From the NCBI RefSeq assembly GCF_009914755.1, contig NC_060925.1: a stretch of DNA of 64,000 nucleotides; one strand, written 5' to 3'. The notes below the pieces were generated by a model, which was given only the letters and a program-made list of their open reading frames with translations, made no database searches and was not told where the DNA came from. Shown here piece by piece: positions 57,427 through 64,000 of this stretch. The translations under genes and the position numbers were made by a program. This stretch comes from the human T2T-CHM13v2.0 reference genome, Homo sapiens. Every line of letters starts with the position of its first letter. The first letter of the stretch is position 1.

Positions 57427-57457
<31 letters not shown>

Positions 57458-57520
57458 TTGGATGGCCTGCATCTCTCCCTAAATGTTGTTTTCTCCAATC
57501 AAACTTCCATAAGAATTAAG
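56450..57520 (-). mobile_element. Possible L4 (RTE-X) remnant, interrupted by an Alu
   Basis: 'ttggctctgagc', 'gattcacagtgt', 'tttctcccat.tgtcctca', 'gctgtttcttat' recall the antisense L4 consensus; from memory only. Confidence 0.4.
57053..57456 (+). mobile_element. AluJ-like with expanded (GAAA)n purine tail (57337-57456)
   Basis: Dimeric Alu followed by ~120 bp of almost pure A/G. Confidence 0.95.
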
Positions 57521-59439
57521 GAGCAGAGAAGTCAAGGATAAATTGTCTGGCAGGTACCCAACAGCTGAAACTCTATACTTCTGATTAGATGCGGATGTAC
57601 ACCTAAGAACTTGGCATCCACTTGTGAAAGTGAAGGTTCCTAACCAGGCCATGTACTTGTATAGACCTACGTCCTCAAAGAGGCAGACCACAGTGTACCC
57701 ATGGGTAGGGGCCAGATTTCCTTCAGGAAATAGTCCACAGTTGCTGTAACATGACAATAAATGAACAGCCAAGATCCATGGAGTGGCCATGGTGTGGGAC
57801 ATAGATAACAACCCTCCCACCAACATTAGACACTGCACAGTTAGTTTTCTGTTATCCTGTTTTGGTTTTATCATGTATACCTCCCCACCCATTAGAGTAG
57901 TTAGTTGAGAATTGACTGTTAAAAATGAAATCAACCTGCCGAGAAAAAGTCATGTTGGATGAATCACTGGGGCCCTAGGCTGTTGGCTTCATGTTTAATT
58001 TGGATGCTTCCCAATCCAATCTTGAGTAGGTCACCCCATATAGCTTCCTCCATCAGCAGGATGATTTTGTTTTAGAAAATATGTACACTTGGTAAACTGT
58101 CAAAGTGAGTTGTACATATGGTATGTGTTGTTCAGAGGGAGAAAATATTTTCAGCACTACTTGAAGTCTTTATACCTGACAATGCATTAAGAATTCAACA
58201 CAATAATCTTATTGTTTTAGCTGTTGCTTTTACCATTACTCATGCAGCATGACTGGGAAAAAAATTAATGATCCCCCCCACCCCCACAGTGTTTGGTGTG
58301 TGTGAGTTTAAAAAAAAAATCTTTTGGTTTGGGATGAATGCGTCGAACAATCCACCATCTGGTGTACAAATATTTTTATAGACACGAATCCAAATACCAC
58401 AAAATCAGTGCCATGGCTCAGGTTCTGTGAATCTTTTTCTGAGGCAGACTTTTTATTAAATATGATTATTCTTGAACTATGAGACTCTCTGCAGGAGCAT
58501 TAAGATTTAGCCTTGAGAACAAAACTCTTTATGTTGACCAATATTTTTAAAAAGATGGAAAGAACTCTCTCTGGAGCTAATTTCAAGGAGGACAAAAAAG
58601 AATTTTGTTTTTGTTTTTGCTTTTTTGTTTACATACTAAGCATATACAAACTGAATCAGTGACAACTTCTGTTACATTCCTGCTGTAATCCTGGCTAGTG
58701 GAAGAAGATAAGATATCAGTAAGCTCTGCGGGCATCAAGTTTCGGCCCTGTCAGGTGTAATCAGAACCCTGGTCTTAAAACGAAGGCCTCCACTCCACCT
58801 CCTCAGGCAGAGGACACTTCATTCCCCAGCCCCAGGCACTGAGAGGAAAAGGAAGGATCCATCCTGTAAGAGCAAAATAAAACAAAATAGCAACACTGGG
58901 TTTGTGTGTTCCCTTTAACTCTTGACACCCTGGAATTAATGCAAAGTGGTCTGTATTTAATATCGAATTCCCTCCCCTCACAATGCGATAATGACAAGAG
59001 ATTTTTAGAAGGCGTGGAAATTAAGAAATTTTAGAAAATTAAGATTCTCCTCTGAACCTAATGTAAAGAAAATTGATGAGTCTGTGCATTTGATGGGATT
59101 CCTAGGTCAGCACCATGTCGTGAAGACATTTTCTGAGATAGTGAGTTTGCTCAAAATGTCACTCCAACTTTTAAAGCATGGAGAAAATTGCTTGTCAGTG
59201 AATGTACCACTCAGAGCAAAATAGAATTTTTATTGCTAGATTTCCTTTCAAAGTTAAAAATAAGGATAAACAGAGCCAAACGGCTGTTTGGGGGAATGTA
59301 GTGATCTGGGGAAGAGAATGATGGCATATCGTTGGAGCTTCCAGCTTTGCTAGTGGAACTCATTGGAATGTCCATGAAAATCACCACAGAGTTCAGACAT
59401 AGTTCTTAACTGGCAAAACTGTCCTAAAATGACTGGACT

Positions 59440-59900
59440 CTGATGCAGCTGCCTTGGGAGAAGTGGGAGAAATAACAGTCCCACTTCAGCGATCTGCAAA
59501 CTAAGGTACAGTGGAAATTGAGCGGTCGGGCAAGGGTCACCAAAACTCAGTGGTGAGCGGGAGACAGGCCCAAAGAGCTGAGGAAGTGTAAACTCCAGTG
59601 ATAAGGCGATAACTTGAGGAAATTAAAACCCCGTAGTGTGGGAAAGAACAATTAGCCAAGACAGAGGGGCAGGAAGGAATACAGAATGAATTACAATCAG
59701 AGGAAACTAGCCAGCAACAAAAGAGATGAACTGGCGGGGGCGGGGCGAGAGGGACGGGAGAAGTGACTTAAGAATGCTGGCTTCTCTGGGTTCCATCACC
59801 GCCTTCTTGTTAGGTCGCCGTCGCTGCGATCATGATTTAACCCCTTCATGCCTCGGAGTGTCTAGCTCCAAGGCAGCTATCTTTATCCATGAAGTTCTTT
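59440..59900. promoter_or_regulatory. Candidate cis-regulatory element: GC-box cluster between two CpG-rich MIR remnants
   Basis: GGCGGGGGCGGGGCG at 59733-59747; 16 CpGs counted in 59490-59855; ETS-like GAGGAAGT and GATA-like TGATAA/CGATAA at 59580-59612. Confidence 0.45.
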
Positions 59901-60179
59901 GAGATTGTGCCACGAATATGATGAATTCCAGATAAGAATGACTGCATCATTAGTTTAGAAAAAGTTACCCCCGCCCCTCCAAAAAAGACAGAAGTTTAAG
60001 CTTATATAGATTAGCAAAATATTTCCATCAGAAACATAAGAAGGAACATGTAAAACACAAGTATCAGCAAATGCAGATGTTTTCAGACCAAGAAGAAAGT
60101 GTTCATGAAAATGAAATATTTTAAAGGAAAACATGTAAAAGTGTTTCAAACTGATTTTGATGACTATCAGGATGACCTA

Positions 60180-61620
60180 AGGGGATGAAATGTCCTATAA
60201 CTAGTAGGAAATGATAGAAAAAAAGTATGATTGTTTTATGAAAATAATAATTTGCTTATTTTAAGTCAATGAGTTTGTCACACATGATTATGGGCACGAG
60301 AGAAGATATGCTATGAGCCCAAAATTAAATTGTCTTTTACTTCAATCCTAAAAATCAGCAGGCAGAAAGCTAAGAGGAAGCTCTTCTTTAATCAACCAAG
60401 ATGCTAAAATCATGGAGAGAAAGGCAAAAAAGATAGACCACAGTAGCTAAGTCATTCAAAAGAAGGGGGAGAGTTGATTATGTAGAATGAAGTGGAATGA
60501 AGATGCTAAGTAGGAGTAGAAAAACATGATACTATAACAAAGTGTTGATTGAGCAAACAAAGTGGGTAATAAGGCAAATTAAACATTCTTATAAATCCTG
60601 TGTCCAGGAAATGAATTAACTGCTCAGACTAATAAATGAAGAAGCATCACACAGAAGATAATGATTAAATGTCACCATGGGAAAACAGAAGGTTCCCGGT
60701 TTATAAAACCAGCACGCTTAAAAAGAAGAAAAGGGTGGGGGCATTTGAAACAATACTAAGAGGCTTTAAAAGTGAACTGAAAAAAAAATGTAAAGTAGAC
60801 AGTGATGGAAGGACAGCCTTAGAAGACACCTCAATGATACAAGATTCTTTAAATATCTTAAAGGGATTGTGGGTAAGGAGGAGCATCCAGGAAATTGAAA
60901 CATTAAACTTGGGTTTATTTTAATTTATTTTACTTTAATTTTTTGGTCTTGCCTTCATGAGGCCAATAAATGTACCAGAAATGGAAACAGTATCAGAGAG
61001 TGATAAATTAAGAACAATGAGGAATTCGCTTCCAATAAATTAAGTAACTCAAGAAAAGACAACTCCTGAGTGGGAAGAAAAAGCTGCAGAGATTAATACT
61101 GCCTTCATGCAGCATTTGGATGGCTCCTAGGAATCATAAAGATACCTGGGGAAATCAGAGCCAAGTAAATCTAGTACCTTTCAAAAAAAAATGGACTACG
61201 GAGGAAGCAGAAAAATGCTAGCCTTGCAACTCGGGAGCAATTGAAATATTTAAAGTATAGATAAAGCAACCAAGGTGGAATTACCAAATACCTAGAAATA
61301 TATGAGTTCAGCAGACAAAACAATCAAATTTTAGGGAAAGTGACCTCCGGAATAAAATCCTTATAGAAGTTTTCAGGCTTTTGAATTTTGGCCACTATAC
61401 TACAGTTTATAGAGAAGATGAATAAATGGACATCTATTAGCAACATCATGATATTCTGCAAATGGCATTTGTTAACTAACATCATAGAATACAGATTGAT
61501 AAGGAGGAATTGGAAGAGATTAAACAGTCCTCTCCCCCTGGAGGTGCTGACATCAGCATAGATACAAAAGTATCCATAAGCGTAGGCATCCAATGACCGG
61601 AAAGCTAGTGGCATCTGTCA
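60180..61620 (+). mobile_element. Probable degraded L3/CR1 ORF2 remnant
   Basis: A-rich degenerate stretch with CR1-like pieces ('agattctttaaatatctt', 'atatgagttcagc', 'catgatattct', 'ctagtggcat'); no clean motif. Confidence 0.4.
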
Positions 61621-61899
61621 CACATGCATTGTACAATTGCAATGCATTGTATGCGTGAGCAAGAGCATCTCAATCTCAGATTCATTTAAACAAATAAGTC
61701 ATCACAGAAATAGTACCTATGAAGAAATCCTTGAAGAGGTTTTGGAATGAATGGTTTGCTGGGCAGGCAGGATATTTCTGATACAAGAAGAGCCTCTGAG
61801 AAGGCCCACAGCCAGGAGTGGGAAATAGGGCTGAGGAATCATGAACAGGGCTGACAGAGCATAATATTCGTAAGAAGTGATGGGAAAGATTAGGTAGCC

Positions 61900-62140
61900 T
61901 ATAGTAGGAGACAGATTTGAGCATGGGCTTTGGAGTGAGACAACCTGGTTTGAAGCCTAGCTCCATAGTGGTATAATCTCTCCCCCACCCCCACCCCCAC
62001 CCTGACCTCTGTGTGCTTTGGTCTCTTCATCTCAAAATTGGAATTTTAATATACTTACCTTAAGGATTGTGCTAAGAGTTAAGTGAGATGTTCTGTGTTC
62101 AAGCACCTAGAAAAAATAAGAACTCCAATATTAGCTATTG
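61900..62140 (+). mobile_element. MIR
   Basis: 'gagcatgggctttggagtgagacaacctggtttgaagcctagctcca...aatatacttacct..aggattgtg'. Confidence 0.75.
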
Positions 62141-62922
62141 CTGTGAGTGAATTGTAGTCAGTCCACAGATGATAACACTCGCCTTCCTCATTTCCTTGGG
62201 GTCATCTCTTTTGACTTTCTGCTGCCTTTTCAAAACTTTTACACTGTCTAAGGACAACAGCCCTACCTGGCTCTCTCACTCTAAGAGATGGTGGGAAGGA
62301 CAGTTTCACTCTCGATTTCCCTGTTCTCCCCTCAAAACACACTCTTTCTTCTTAGCCCCCTCTGCTGTTTCTGAGAACACAGTGCCCCATTTCTTTCCAA
62401 AGCTAAAACCTCTCTGGCAACAGAGAACCCGACTGTTATGGATTCAGCAGTTGACGGTTGACCTCCAGCAGGTTGGTGCTCCATCAGTAAGCCCATTCCT
62501 CTCTCCCAGCTGCAGTAACTCCTTCCTGTCAGCCTCCAGCCCTGCTCAAGTCTTCTCTGGCTCTGTGCATTTCTTCCTCCAATGTGCAGAGCCAACACCA
62601 CCCACTTCTTTCCTTCCCTGCATAAATGAAACTCCCCTCTCTCTGATTTTTACTCCCCCTTCCTCTGCTGAAGCAGCTGGTTTGATGGCCACCAAAGGAG
62701 AAAGTTTTTCTCCATCTTATTCTATTCTAGTTTTTTGTGATTCTGTGTTACCTCTATTGACAGATTGTTTTCTCTTTTCTGATGGTTTCTTTATAGTCTT
62801 CTTTTGCTTTGCTCAGGTTGTTCCTGTAAGTATCTCCAGGGATTCTAGACTTGGCTTGTTCAGTTTCTCACACTGTACTGAACAACCTCATGTAAACCTT
62901 CAAGCCCATGATTTATCATTTC

Positions 62923-63226
62923 GTTGTTATTGTTGTTGTTTTTGAGACAGAGTCTCACCCTGTTGCCCAGGCTAGAGTGCAGTGGCCCGATGAAGGTTCA
63001 CTACAGCCTCGACCTCCTGGGTTCAAATGATTCTCTACCCTCAGCATCCCAAGTAGCTGGAACTACAAACACACGCCACCATGACTGGCTAGTTTATTTA
63101 TTTTTCTGTGGAGACAGGCTCTCACTATGTTGCCCAGGCTGGTCCTGAACTCCTGGCCTCAACTGACCCTCCTGCCTTTGCCTTCCAAAGTGTTAGAATT
63201 ACAGGCAAAAGCCAGTGCACATGGCC
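62923..63226 (-). mobile_element. AluJ-like with (GTT)n tail, inside an L2
   Basis: Reverse Alu; TSD CAT(G/T)ATTTATCAT. Confidence 0.94.
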
Positions 63227-63939
63227 ATTATTTATCATCTCTCTGCAGGTCATTCCTTGACTATCCTTCTGAGGCTGGAATTTCCAATTGCTTTTTGAAA
63301 TTCTCACACCATTGCCTTTTCATTCATTTATTCATCCACTCAAAAATATTTATTGAGTGCTACCGAAACATGTTTAAAACTATCTACTTAAATAAAATAA
63401 AAAATAAAAAAATAAAAAAAAAACTATCTAATTATCTCTCTCCATCCCCACTCTCATCTGCATTTTGTCCTGCCTTTTCTCTGGGTAAATGATATCCTTT
63501 TCTTAGGAGCAGAAGCTAATTTTATTTCTTTGTAATCTCCCAAAGTGACTTAGTATAGTTTCTAGAACTAAATGGGACTCTATAAATACTGTTGAATTAT
63601 ATTGAGCTGAAATCATACATGAAGTGATAGACAGTTATGAGAAGGACCTTAGAGGACACACATCTATTCATTCTTTGGCAAAAACACAAATAGACTCAGT
63701 TATCAATTAATACCTCTCTTGCACTAATTTTACTTTTAGCATTAAGATTCTAAAATTCTATACAAGTAGTGCAGAAAATTTATGTAATAGGCCTAAAAAC
63801 ATTAATTTTAAAGACGGAAATAGAATTGTTCATAGAGAGGACTATCCTTTGTCTAGCAAAAGACCTTGGATATGAAAGATGAAATCTCCAAAGCTAACTT
63901 AATTTGTATAAGAAATGTATCAAGAATTGAAAGCTATTA

Positions 63940-64000
63940 CATGCCTGTAATCCCAGCACTTTGGGAGGCCAGGTCGGGCAGATCACTTGAGACCAGGAGG
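63940..64000 (+). mobile_element. Alu start, cut by the window edge
   Basis: 'catgcctgtaatcccagcactttgggaggcc'. Confidence 0.93.

Noticed and set aside
57091-57519. Phe/Ser-rich and Lys/Arg/Glu-rich ORFs
   Set aside because: Translations of the (GAAA)n tract.
61622-61652. Short palindromic cluster ATGCATTG..CAATGCAT
   Set aside because: An 8-bp stem in AT-rich degenerate repeat sequence; compatible with chance.
62169-62945. 258-aa plus-strand ORF, the longest in the track
   Set aside because: Rich in Ser, Phe, Leu and Pro, lies over pyrimidine-rich degraded L2-like sequence, ends in an Alu tail, and has no recognisable domain.

Overview
Simian primate (human-like) non-coding DNA, intergenic or intronic, dominated by interspersed repeats. 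I found no intact protein-coding gene, RNA gene or CRISPR array. The main landmarks are: a near-full-length GAPDH processed pseudogene (~34.2-35.5 kb) nested in an old L1M inside a MIR; a full-length ~6.1 kb L1PA6-like element (minus strand, 19.7-25.8 kb) nested in a THE1D LTR inside a MER21 LTR; a HERV16/LTR16A pol remnant (2-5 kb); about 19 Alus, many with readable target-site duplications (TSDs); and many L2, MIR, MaLR and DNA-transposon fossils. Family and subfamily names come from my recollection of consensus sequences, not from a search. I did not find a new biological system. The best leads are small: a CpG-rich, GC-box-bearing pair of MIRs near 59.7 kb that looks like an exapted regulatory element, a palindromic 25-bp minisatellite, an orphan 59-bp poly(A)-type insertion with a 16-bp TSD, templated-insertion repair scars, and a coincident 6-bp deletion in two L1 copies.
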